Assembly: GCA_016218805.1 (NCBI GenBank)
Contig: JACRCW010000042.1
Coordinates: 62,001-108,103, forward strand
Length of the DNA: 46,103 nucleotides
Reading direction: 5' to 3'
Origin: Deltaproteobacteria bacterium
GTDB taxonomy: Bacteria > Myxococcota > JACRCW01
Shown here: piece by piece, positions 1 to 8,546 of the stretch
How the letters are laid out: each line of letters opens with the position of its first letter
Numbering within the stretch: the first letter of the stretch is position 1
The notes under the pieces: generated by a model
Told to the model about the DNA's origin: nothing
What the model saw: only the letters and a program-made list of their open reading frames with translations
Database searches by the model: none
Program-made: the position numbers and the translations under genes

Positions 1-693
1 TTCGGCATCACCCCGCACCAGTTCCAGCAGCGGCCGCGCCACGGTGTACGCAAGGGCCACGGCGATGAACACCTCGCCGGGGAAGCGGCGCTGGCGCCAT
101 GCGAGCGGGACGTACAGCAACGCCACGGCCCAGAAGGCCGCCTCGTAGAGCTGCACCGGGTGCACCGGCACGCCGGCGGACGGGTGTCCCTCCGGGAAGA
201 TGACGGCGGTGGGCCACGTGGTGGGTGTGCCGTGACAGCAGCCCGCTAGGAAACACCCGGCCCGCCCGATGATCATCCCCAGCGCCATCCCAGGCGCCGT
301 GCAGTCAAACCCCGCGCCGATCCGGTCCAGCCGCCGGAGCCGTGCAAAGGCCAGCATGTTGACGACGACAAGGACGCAGCCGCCGTAGAAGACGAAACCG
401 GGCTCGGTGATTCTTGCCCAATGCCAGGGGTCAGCCCGCAGCAGTTCCACGGCGGAGTGCACCACCACCCCGCCCAGCACGTGGCCGTCCGCTTCCAGCA
501 GCGTGTGGAACAGCTTGGCGCCTAGCAGGCCGCTGGCAACAAAGACCAGGCTGCCGTCCAGCAGGTCCCGCGTGCGCCGGCCGTCATGCCGGCCCAGTGT
601 CACCGCCAGTCCCAGGCCCGCGGCGTACCCGGCCATGTGGAACAGCGCATAGGTGGACAGGATCAGCGGCCCAAGCCGCACCAGCGGATGCAT
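1..693 (-). CDS. lgt: Prolipoprotein diacylglyceryl transferase (Lgt) family protein, 3' end runs off the window
   Basis: Not in the ORF track; translated by hand from ATG at 693: MHPLVRLGPLILSTYALF...GAKLFH...GFVFYGG...APGMALGMIIGRAGCFLAGCCHG...VHPVQLYEA...ARPLLELVRGD. These are Lgt signature motifs in the GRxGCxxxGCC variant. Confidence 0.9.
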   Translation of the reverse strand, partial: MHPLVRLGPLILSTYALFHMAGYAAGLGLAVTLGRHDGRRTRDLLDGSLVFVASGLLGAKLFHTLLEADGHVLGGVVVHSAVELLRADPWHWARITEPGFVFYGGCVLVVVNMLAFARLRRLDRIGAGFDCTAPGMALGMIIGRAGCFLAGCCHGTPTTWPTAVIFPEGHPSAGVPVHPVQLYEAAFWAVALLYVPLAWRQRRFPGEVFIAVALAYTVARPLLELVRGDAE

Positions 694-697
694 GGGA

Positions 698-2797
698 TCA
701 CATGGGTCCGCACGCGGTGCGGCGCGCGCGCCGTCCCAACGCCAGCGCCGCCCACACGCCCAGGACCAGCGCCAGGCCCACCCACGGGGGCTGCCGCGGC
801 GGCGAACATTCGCAGCCTGACGCGCCACTGCCCCCGCTGCCCCCCGTCGTCGGCCCCAGGGACGCCATGGAGCCATCGCCGCCCATGCGCCCTTCGTCGG
901 TGCGCGTCCCCTGCACGGGTTCCACGGCAACACCGGCGGGGTCACGCGCCGGCCGCGCAATGTTGTACTGGGCGTACATCCCCGGGAACTCCAGGGCGAG
1001 CAGCGCGGAGTAGCGGGTCACAATCCCGTAGGTGCGCGCCAGCACCACGGCGGCCTCCAGGCGCGCCGGCGTCTCGCCCAGGACGTCCACCTCGCGTTCC
1101 AGTTCATCCGCCCAGGACTTGGCCATCAGCGCCGGCACCGCCAGGTGCGCACCGGAGGCCCCGCCCGCCAGCAGGCGCGCGCTGTCCACATGCTCCACGG
1201 CATGCCCATCCCGGTCCGTCCCGTTCAACCGCAATTCCAGCGTTTCACCAGCCGCGGACCGGATCCCCAGGGTCAGAACGCTGCCGGGCAGAATCCGCGG
1301 GATTCCCAGATCCATGGTGGACCCGGCGGCATCATCCACGGCAAGCCGCGCGTTCCCCACGCCGTCACGCCGGACCTGCTGGAACATGGCGAGGAATTGC
1401 CCCGGAATGGCGCCGTCCTCCAGCGCAAACGTGGAAATACCGGCAAAACGCTCAGTCAACGCACTGATGAGACGCTGGTTGAGGTCCGCGCCAATCCCAA
1501 GCGCAAACAGGCGTGCCGGACGCCCGGCGCGCGCCTGCGCCTCCTCCAGCGCGTTGATGAGGTCCCCGCTGGATTGCGGCCCCGCGTTGGGGTTGCCATC
1601 CGTGACCAGCACCAGGTCAATGGGACGGCCGGAGTTCTCCGTCGCTGCAATGTCCATGGCGCGGTCCAGGCCGGCGCCCAGGTTGGTGCCCCCCAGCGCG
1701 CGCAGTCCGTTCAGGAACTGCTTGCCCTCGTCGCGCTCGGCCGCGTCATACATCCGTCCCAGCGGCGCGCCCGGGAGCGCCGAGGTGTCCACGCAACCAC
1801 CCAGCCCCACCTGCGGAGCGCCTGCCGCCGCCGTGGCGTCAGAAAACGCCACCACACTAAACCGCTCGCCGTCCTCCAGGTTGTCCAGCGCGCGCCCAAT
1901 CACGTCCACGGATTGCGCGAGTTTGTTCCCGGACATGGACCCGGACACGTCCAGGATGAACACCACCTCGCGTTTCTCCAACTGCTCCGGGCCCAGGTCC
2001 GGCGCCCACCGGGCCACCGCGTGCGGCTCCACGCGTGCGTCGGGTGACCGGTACAGCAGGCCGGATGCACGCGGCAGCGGTTGGGTGGGTTCAAGCTCCA
2101 GCGTGATGTCGTGGTCCAGGGCCGCGTAGTCCAGGTCCAGGGTGGCCAGCCCGGTGGCCACATCCAGCGTCCGCCGGGCGGCTCCGTAGCCGTCAAAGCG
2201 CCAATTCCCGCTCTGCCACGCCCCGGGCACCAGGTGCACCCGGATCTTCACGCTGGGCACCATGGCCGGGTCCACGTCGTCATTCTCCACCGCAATGCGA
2301 AGCGTCCGCGTGCCCCCGCTGCCCTCCAGGAAATGCGCGTAATGGATGCGGATGTGCATCGGCTGTTCCACGGTGACCGGATATCCCAGCGTCCGGTAGG
2401 CGTCCGGTCCCACCTGCTGGATGAGCAGGGGTTCGCACGGCCGGGGGCGGGTGATGGCGTTGTAGACGTCCGTCCCCTCCTGCCGGCCAGTGGTCTCTGC
2501 TGGCTCCCAGCGGTCCTGCGCCGGCATCCAGTCTTCAGCCCCGCGGATCACGGCGCCCGGCGGCATGGGCAGCAGCATCTCCACCTGCCGGAAGCCGTCG
2601 CCGTCCGTGATGAGGGAGAACTCCATGACGGCTGACGCCACCTCCCCCTCCACGTGCACATCCAACGCGAGTTCGTCCGCCCTGATGGGTCCCTGGTCCC
2701 CCTGCTCCCCAGCGCGCACCTCCAGCGCCAGCACGTCCATGGCCGAGAATTGCAGCACGCACACCGCCGCCACGCCCCCAACGCTCAGGACCCGCAT
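698..2797 (-). CDS. Secreted VIT + vWA domain protein with MYXO-CTERM-like C-terminal sorting tail
   Basis: Signal peptide; VIT-like N-terminal region; intact MIDAS (FILDVSGSMSG, GGTNL, LVTDG); C-terminal Gly/Ser linker, GCEC, hydrophobic helix, RRARR; GGAGG upstream. Confidence 0.85.
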   Translation of the reverse strand: MRVLSVGGVAAVCVLQFSAMDVLALEVRAGEQGDQGPIRADELALDVHVEGEVASAVMEFSLITDGDGFRQVEMLLPMPPGAVIRGAEDWMPAQDRWEPAETTGRQEGTDVYNAITRPRPCEPLLIQQVGPDAYRTLGYPVTVEQPMHIRIHYAHFLEGSGGTRTLRIAVENDDVDPAMVPSVKIRVHLVPGAWQSGNWRFDGYGAARRTLDVATGLATLDLDYAALDHDITLELEPTQPLPRASGLLYRSPDARVEPHAVARWAPDLGPEQLEKREVVFILDVSGSMSGNKLAQSVDVIGRALDNLEDGERFSVVAFSDATAAAGAPQVGLGGCVDTSALPGAPLGRMYDAAERDEGKQFLNGLRALGGTNLGAGLDRAMDIAATENSGRPIDLVLVTDGNPNAGPQSSGDLINALEEAQARAGRPARLFALGIGADLNQRLISALTERFAGISTFALEDGAIPGQFLAMFQQVRRDGVGNARLAVDDAAGSTMDLGIPRILPGSVLTLGIRSAAGETLELRLNGTDRDGHAVEHVDSARLLAGGASGAHLAVPALMAKSWADELEREVDVLGETPARLEAAVVLARTYGIVTRYSALLALEFPGMYAQYNIARPARDPAGVAVEPVQGTRTDEGRMGGDGSMASLGPTTGGSGGSGASGCECSPPRQPPWVGLALVLGVWAALALGRRARRTACGPM

Positions 2798-3016
2798 CGG
2801 TCACCTCCGTGTTCTCGCGCGCCGCCGCGCTGCAGGGCGTGTGCCCCGCGGTGCTTCCACCGCGCGGGCCCGTCGCCACGCGGGCTTGCCGCGCGTCGCG
2901 GGATCACCAGAGAGGACACGCGGCGCACACCCGGCGCACACCGCGCGCACACGGTGGCCACCCGGGTTTCCGCTCCGTGCGAATTCGTCAGCGGGCGAAA
3001 TACCGCGATTTACGTT

Positions 3017-3032
3017 TGCTCAATTCGTGCCA
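3017..3032 (-). promoter_or_regulatory. Putative sigma-54 promoter for the vWA-lgt unit
   Basis: Minus strand TGGCACGAATTGAGCA has GG-N10-GC spacing with a perfect TGGCACG -24 element, about 220 nt upstream of the ATG at 2797. Confidence 0.5.
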
Positions 3033-3068
3033 TTTCCCCGGCCGCGCTGCCGCCGGTGGTCGGCGGGC

Positions 3069-4040
3069 TCACAACCCGGCCTGGTCAAACATCCCTTCAA
3101 ACAGGATGCCCGTCAGGTAGCGCTCGCCGGAGTCCGGCAGGACGGTGACAAGGGTCTTCCCGTCGTACTCGGGGCGTTGTGCCAGGCGCACGGCCACGGC
3201 CACTGCCGCGCCACAGGAGATTCCGGAGAGGATGCCCTCCTCGCGCGCCAGCCGGCGCGCCATCTCCACGGATTCGTCGTTGGTGACGTGCTCCACCGCG
3301 TCAATGAGGCTGGTGTCCAGCGTGCCCGGGATGAAACCCGCGCCAATGCCCTGGATCTTGTGCGGCCCCGGCACCAGCGGTTCCTTGGCCAGGAACTGCT
3401 TGATCACCGGGCTGTGCGACGGCTCCACGGCAATGGTCCTCAACGTCAGTCCCTTGGTGTGCTTGAGGTACCGGCTGACGCCGCTGAGCGTGCCGCCCGT
3501 GCCCACGCCGGAGACAAACGCGTCAATCTTCCCGCCCGTGTCCTCAAAGATCTCCGGCCCGGTGGTGTCCTCGTGGATGCGCGGGTTGGCCTGGTTTTCA
3601 AACTGCTGCAGCAGGACGTACCGGCCCGGGTCCGACTTGGCGATCTCCTCCGACTTGGCCACCGCGCCCTTCATGCCCTTGGCCGCCTCGGTGAGGACCA
3701 GCTTGGCGCCCAGCGCCTTGAGCACCTTGCGGCGCTCCACGCTCATGCTCTCCGGCATGGTCAGCGTGATGGGGTACCCGCGCGCCGCCGCCACAAACGC
3801 CAACGCAATGCCCGTGTTTCCACTGGTCGGCTCCACCAGCTCCTTGCCCGCGCCCAGCACGCCACGCTTCTCCGCGTCCCACACCATGGCTGCGCCAATG
3901 CGGCACTTCACGCTGTAGGCCGGGTTGCGGCCCTCAATCTTTGCCAGCACCGTCGCCTTGGTCTTGCCAACGACGCGGTTCAGCCGCACCAGCGGCGTGC
4001 GCCCGATGGATTGCGAGTTGTCCTCATAGATGCGTCCCAT
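3069..4040 (-). CDS. cysK: Cysteine synthase A (O-acetylserine sulfhydrylase)
   Basis: [18 protein letters not shown] (PLP lysine), [45 protein letters not shown]. Confidence 0.97.
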   Translation of the reverse strand: MGRIYEDNSQSIGRTPLVRLNRVVGKTKATVLAKIEGRNPAYSVKCRIGAAMVWDAEKRGVLGAGKELVEPTSGNTGIALAFVAAARGYPITLTMPESMSVERRKVLKALGAKLVLTEAAKGMKGAVAKSEEIAKSDPGRYVLLQQFENQANPRIHEDTTGPEIFEDTGGKIDAFVSGVGTGGTLSGVSRYLKHTKGLTLRTIAVEPSHSPVIKQFLAKEPLVPGPHKIQGIGAGFIPGTLDTSLIDAVEHVTNDESVEMARRLAREEGILSGISCGAAVAVAVRLAQRPEYDGKTLVTVLPDSGERYLTGILFEGMFDQAGL

Positions 4041-4053
4041 GTCCGGCCTCCGT

Positions 4054-4102
4054 GTCCGTTATGTTGGACGTCCGTTATAACGGACGCCGGGCCGCGGCAC
4101 AA
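4054..4102 (-). promoter_or_regulatory. Putative cysK sigma-70 promoter overlapped by tandem palindromic operator sites
   Basis: Minus strand TTGTGC-N17-TATAAC; perfect 18-bp palindrome CGTCCGTTATAACGGACG (4069-4086) plus imperfect copy GTCCGTTATGTTGGAC (4054-4069). Confidence 0.6.
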
Positions 4103-4196
4103 GCCCGCTTGGTGGGCGTTTTGTCCGCCGCCTGGGCGGGGCAGGTGTGCCCGACGCAACCGGCGGGAGTGGAGGCCAGGCCGAGAGCGACCCTTG

Positions 4197-4225
4197 TTGA
4201 CGGTCCCCGATGGGCTCGCTACGCA
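4197..4225 (+). promoter_or_regulatory. Possible sigma-70 promoter giving a leaderless TA transcript
   Basis: TTGACG-N17-TACGCA (imperfect -10) ending 6 nt before the ATG at 4232; no SD sequence. Confidence 0.35.
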
Positions 4226-4231
4226 CACGAC

Positions 4232-4459
4232 ATGACGGTCGAGACGATTCAAGCAGAGATTCTGGGCCTTTCCCCCGGGGAGAGGGCCAAGCTCATTGAC
4301 GTGCTCTGGGATTCACTGTCCTCGCCCGAGACGAGGTCCCGCGAGGCTGCCTGGGCCGAGGAGTCGGAGCGCCGCATTGACGCCGTCGACGCCGGTGCGC
4401 TGCCGGCGAGGGACGCCGGGCATGTGTTCGCGGACCTGCGGAGGGAGCTGCGGAAGTGA
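4232..4459 (+). CDS. Addiction module antitoxin (TIGR02574-like)
   Basis: 75 aa, MTVETIQAEILGLSPGERAKLIDVLWDSL...AWAEESERRIDA...; GTGA overlap with the RelE/ParE gene. Confidence 0.88.
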   Translation: MTVETIQAEILGLSPGERAKLIDVLWDSLSSPETRSREAAWAEESERRIDAVDAGALPARDAGHVFADLRRELRK

Positions 4460-4746
4460 ACCTGCGATTCACGTCCGCCGCCGAAGCCGAGCTCCGGGAC
4501 GCTGTTACGTTCTACGAAGTCGCCGAGAACGGCCTGGGCGGAGTCTTTCTCGACGAAGTCGAGGCGACAGCAGCACGAATCCTGGCGCACCCCGAAGGCT
4601 GGACACCCATGTCTCCCAGGACGCGGCGTTGCCGTACCCACCGATTTCCGTTCGGTCTCTTCTACCAGATCAGGAATGAAGAGATTGTCGTCGTTTCCGT
4701 CATGGATCTCCGACGCGATCCAAGGCGCTGGGAAGGGTACCTGTAG
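4456..4746 (+). CDS. Type II toxin, RelE/ParE family
   Basis: 96 aa, FTSAAEAELRDAVTFYE...GLGGVFLDEV...RRCRTHRFPFGLFY...VVSVMDLRRDPRRW. Confidence 0.9.
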   Translation: MNLRFTSAAEAELRDAVTFYEVAENGLGGVFLDEVEATAARILAHPEGWTPMSPRTRRCRTHRFPFGLFYQIRNEEIVVVSVMDLRRDPRRWEGYL

Positions 4747-4832
4747 CGTCTCTGCGGTCCACGCGACCCGGAGACGGTCCTCTGCGGCCGTTCCAGTTCG
4801 CTCACCGCGAGGCCCGTGGTCCGCGACGCGGC

Positions 4833-4862
4833 TTGACGGGCCAAATTCCCTCCCCGTAGGGT
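4833..4862 (+). promoter_or_regulatory. Putative sigma-70 promoter of rpsA
   Basis: TTGACG-N18-TAGGGT about 30-40 nt upstream of the start codon. Confidence 0.5.
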
Positions 4863-4891
4863 CCGCGCCCCCGTACGCGTGAAGGGACGCC

Positions 4892-6592
4892 GTGAACCCC
4901 ATGAGCGAACAGCACCCGCAGACGTCTGCCCCCTCTCTTGAAGCCTTCCTCGCCGCCGGTGGCACTGACGGCGGCATCCACGAAGGCGACATCGCCCGCG
5001 CCACGGTCACCTCCGTCGGGACGGACGTGGTGGTTGCCACCCTGGAAGACAAGACCGAGGGCCAGGTCCCCCTCAAGGATTTCCCGTCCGTCGACGGGGC
5101 TCCCCAGGTGAAGGTGGGAGACACGCTGGACGTGCTGGTGGAGTTCCGCCACACGCAGGACGGCCCGGTGCTGTTCTCCAAGGCCCGGGCGGATGCGCTC
5201 AGGACCTGGGACAACATCACCGCGGCGTGTGAAGGGGATGGGGTCGTGGAGGGTGAGATCGTGGCGCAGGTCAAGGGTGGCCTCTCCGTCGACATCGGCG
5301 TGAAGGCGTTCCTGCCCGCCAGCCAGGCCACGCTCTGGCCGGTCCCCAACCTGGACCGCCTGGTCGGTGAGAAGCACCGGTTCAAGGTGGTCAAGTTCAG
5401 CCGGAAGCGCGCCAACATCGTGCTCTCTCGGCGCGTGCTGCTGGAGAAGGAGCGTGATGCGCAGAAGAAGGAAGCGCTCCAGGCGCTGCGGGAAGGCGCG
5501 GTGGTCACCGGCCGCGTCAAGAACCTCACGCATTACGGAGCGTTTGTGGACGTGGGCGGAGTGGACGGGCTGCTGCACGTCACGGACCTCAGCTGGGCCC
5601 GCGTGCAGCACCCGGCCGACGTGCTCAAGCCCGGGGATGAAGTGCAGGTGAAGGTGCTCAAGTTTGACCCGGCCCATGAGCGCATCTCCCTGGGTCTCAA
5701 GCAGCTCCAGGAGGACCCGTGGATGGCGGCCGTGGCCAAGTACACGCCGGGCGCGCGGGTGAAGGGCAGGGTCGTGTCCATCACGGACTACGGCGCCTTC
5801 CTGGAGTTGGAGGCGGGCGTGGAAGGGCTCATCCACATCAGTGAGATGAGCTGGACCCGCCGCGTGAAACACCCGTCCAAGGTGGTGAACATTGGTGACG
5901 AGGTGGAAGCCGTGGTGCTGGACCTGGACAAGGCCACCCGGCGCATCTCCCTGGGAATGAAGCAGGCGCAGGCCAACCCGTGGACGCAGCTTGCCGCTCG
6001 CCTCCCCGTCGGCACCGTCCTCAAGGGCAAGGTTCGCAACATCACGGACTTTGGTGTCTTTGTGGGGATTGAGGAGGGCATAGACGGGCTGGTCCACATT
6101 GCGGACCTGAGCTGGACCCAGCGCGTGAAGCATCCCAGTGAGCTGTACAAGGTGGGAGACGACGTGGAGGCCGTGGTCCTCAACGTGAACGCCGCGGAAG
6201 AGCGCATCAGCCTGGGCATCAAGCAGCTGCACGAGGATCCCTGGGCGCGCGTTGCGCAGGCCTACCCGCGCGGCGCACGCATCAAGGGCAAGGTCCTCAA
6301 GACCACCGATTTCGGTGCGTTCATCGAAATCGAGCCGGGCATTGAAGGCCTGTGCCACGTCTCCGAGATGAGCGATGCGCGCGTGGATGATCCCCACACG
6401 TTCGTGACGGTGGGGCAGGTGGTGGACGTGATGGTCATTGACATCAACAGCGCTGACCACCGGATTGGCCTCTCCATCCGCGGCCTCACGACCCAGGAAG
6501 AGCGCACGGACTACCGCGCGTACATGAACGCCACCAAGGACGAGGGTCGCGCCACGCTGGGTGACATCATGAAGGACAAGGTCCGCCGCTGA
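4892..6592 (+). CDS. rpsA: 30S ribosomal protein S1 (start may be ATG 4901)
   Basis: Six S1 repeats (YGAFVDVGGVDGLLHVTDLSW, GVEGLIHISEMSW, GIDGLVHIADLSW, RISLGLKQL) and C-terminal ATLGDI. Confidence 0.93.
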   Translation: MNPMSEQHPQTSAPSLEAFLAAGGTDGGIHEGDIARATVTSVGTDVVVATLEDKTEGQVPLKDFPSVDGAPQVKVGDTLDVLVEFRHTQDGPVLFSKARADALRTWDNITAACEGDGVVEGEIVAQVKGGLSVDIGVKAFLPASQATLWPVPNLDRLVGEKHRFKVVKFSRKRANIVLSRRVLLEKERDAQKKEALQALREGAVVTGRVKNLTHYGAFVDVGGVDGLLHVTDLSWARVQHPADVLKPGDEVQVKVLKFDPAHERISLGLKQLQEDPWMAAVAKYTPGARVKGRVVSITDYGAFLELEAGVEGLIHISEMSWTRRVKHPSKVVNIGDEVEAVVLDLDKATRRISLGMKQAQANPWTQLAARLPVGTVLKGKVRNITDFGVFVGIEEGIDGLVHIADLSWTQRVKHPSELYKVGDDVEAVVLNVNAAEERISLGIKQLHEDPWARVAQAYPRGARIKGKVLKTTDFGAFIEIEPGIEGLCHVSEMSDARVDDPHTFVTVGQVVDVMVIDINSADHRIGLSIRGLTTQEERTDYRAYMNATKDEGRATLGDIMKDKVRR

Positions 6593-6969
6593 GTGAGACG
6601 GCGGGAATCGCGGGCAACATGGGAGGCGTCCGCGCCCTGTGCGGCGCGCTCGAGGATCCGGCACGCGGATTTCGCGAGATTCTCCAGGTGCGCCGCGTCC
6701 GGCGTTGAACGGGTGGAAAACCCGGCGGGGCGTGTGCACACCGACGATGAACGCCAGCAGCCGCTTCCCCGTCCATTCCTCCACCGCCCACAGCAATGGC
6801 CCGAAATGCGCCCGCACCCGTTCATGCCGCGTCGCCTTCTCCGGCTGGTGGCGCTTGCGGGGCACCGCCCCTTGACCGCACGGTCCGCGCCGGTCCAATC
6901 GCGCCGTGGCGCGGCGCATCCGCGCGTGCCACGGACGGCCGCGTGACGGCGTCCGCGACGGAGGAATCC

Positions 6970-8382
6970 ATGCCGCTGTTCCTGGAGGGTCGGTGGGTTG
7001 AGGGTGCCACCGAGCAGGTCATCCGCAGCCCGCACGACGGTGCCGAGGTGGGGCGGGCGGGATTCGCGTCTGGCGCGCAGGTGGACCGGGCCATCGCGTT
7101 CGCGCACCAGCGTGCCGCCGACGTGGCGAGGGTCCCGCTGTACCGGCGCGCCGACGTACTGGGGAGGGTGGCGGACCTGCTGAAAGCGCGCCTGGAAGAC
7201 GTGGCGCGGACCATCTGCGGTGAGGCGGGCAAGCCCATGGCGCTGGCGCGCGCGGAGGCGCAGCGCGGCGTGGAGACGTTCCAGTGCGCGGAAGCGGAGG
7301 CGCGGCGCATGGACGGCGAGGCGCTGCCGCTGGACACGCTCCCGCGCGGCGAGGGCCGTTTTGGCGTGGTGCGGCGGTTCCCCGTGGGGCCGGTGGCGGC
7401 GGTGAGCCCGTTCAACTTCCCGCTCAACCTGGTGGCCCACAAGGTGGCGCCGGCCATGGCTGCGGGGTGCCCGGTGGTGCTCAAACCCGCCAGCCAGACG
7501 CCGCTGACGGCGTACCTGCTGGCGCACCTGTGCGAGGAGGCGGGTCTGGTGGAGGGTGGGCTGCAGGTGGTGCCGGCTGGCCGCAGGGATGCGGACCTGC
7601 TGGTGACGGATGACCGGGTGCGCCTGCTGTCGTTCACGGGCAGCCCGGCGGTGGGCTGGGACATGAAGGCGCGGGCGGGCCGCAAGAAGGTGGTGCTGGA
7701 GCTGGGCGGGAACGCGGGTGTGATCCTGCTGCCGGATGCGGACGTCACCGCGGCGCTGCCGGCGCTGGCGGCGGGGGCGTTCGCGTATGCGGGGCAGGTG
7801 TGCATCAGCGTGCAGCGCATCCTGGTTCCGGACGGGAAACGGCAGGAGTTTGCGGAGGCGTTTGGCGCGCACGTGCAGGCGTCCGTGAAGACCGGGGACC
7901 CCGCGCGCGACGACGTGCTCAACGGCCCGCTCATTGACGAGCCCAACGCGCGCCGTGTGCTGGAGTGGATTGCCGAGGCGCGCGCCGCCGGTGCGCGCGT
8001 GGTGACGGGCGGCGAGCGCGCGGGCAACGCGGTGACCCCGGCGGTGTTGGCGGACGTGCCCCCGGACGCGCGCGCGTACGCGGAGGAGGCGTTTGGGCCG
8101 TTGGTGTGCGTGGAGGGTTACGCGTCGGTCGACGACGCGGCAGCGCGCCTGAACCGCGGGCGGTTCGGCCTGCAGGCGGGGGTGTACACCAACGACCTCA
8201 AGGCGCTGTGGCGGCTGTACGACCGGCTGGAAGTGGGTGGGGTGATCCACAACGACGTGCCCACCTTCCGGGTGGACCAGATGCCGTACGGCGGTGTGAA
8301 GGACAGCGGCCTAGGGCGGGAGGGCATCCGCTACGCGTTGGAGGACCTGACGGAGCGCCGCCTGCTGGTCCTGCGCCCGTGA
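6970..8382 (+). CDS. NAD(P)-dependent aldehyde dehydrogenase
   Basis: PFNFP, VLKPA, FTGS, LELGGN (catalytic Glu), YAGQVCIS (catalytic Cys), EEAFGP, PYGGVKDSGLGREG; GGAGG before ATG 6970. Confidence 0.95.
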   Translation: MPLFLEGRWVEGATEQVIRSPHDGAEVGRAGFASGAQVDRAIAFAHQRAADVARVPLYRRADVLGRVADLLKARLEDVARTICGEAGKPMALARAEAQRGVETFQCAEAEARRMDGEALPLDTLPRGEGRFGVVRRFPVGPVAAVSPFNFPLNLVAHKVAPAMAAGCPVVLKPASQTPLTAYLLAHLCEEAGLVEGGLQVVPAGRRDADLLVTDDRVRLLSFTGSPAVGWDMKARAGRKKVVLELGGNAGVILLPDADVTAALPALAAGAFAYAGQVCISVQRILVPDGKRQEFAEAFGAHVQASVKTGDPARDDVLNGPLIDEPNARRVLEWIAEARAAGARVVTGGERAGNAVTPAVLADVPPDARAYAEEAFGPLVCVEGYASVDDAAARLNRGRFGLQAGVYTNDLKALWRLYDRLEVGGVIHNDVPTFRVDQMPYGGVKDSGLGREGIRYALEDLTERRLLVLRP

Positions 8383-8394
8383 CCGCGCGTCCTG

Positions 8395-8452
8395 CCTCCC
8401 CCCGCTTGCGGGGGGAGGTCGGGCGACGCGCAGCGTCGCCCGGGTGGGGGGG
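8395..8452. repeat. REP-like intergenic palindromic element (double hairpin); may act as terminator
   Basis: CCTCCCCCCGC-TT-GCGGGGGGAGG stem, then CGGGCGACGC-GCA-GCGTCGCCCG stem, then GGTGGGGG; same architecture as the element at 45966. Confidence 0.7.
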
Positions 8453-8546
8453 CATTTGCCCCGCGCCCGAGCTGACAGGTGCTGACGGGTGCCGCGCGCC
8501 CGTGCCCCTTGCACCCCGTGCACCCGGGCACTAGTTGCCGCGCGCC

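Noticed and set aside
3941..4231. Longer 172-aa version of the antitoxin ORF
   Set aside because: It overlaps the cysK start and promoter; family-like sequence begins at ATG 4232.
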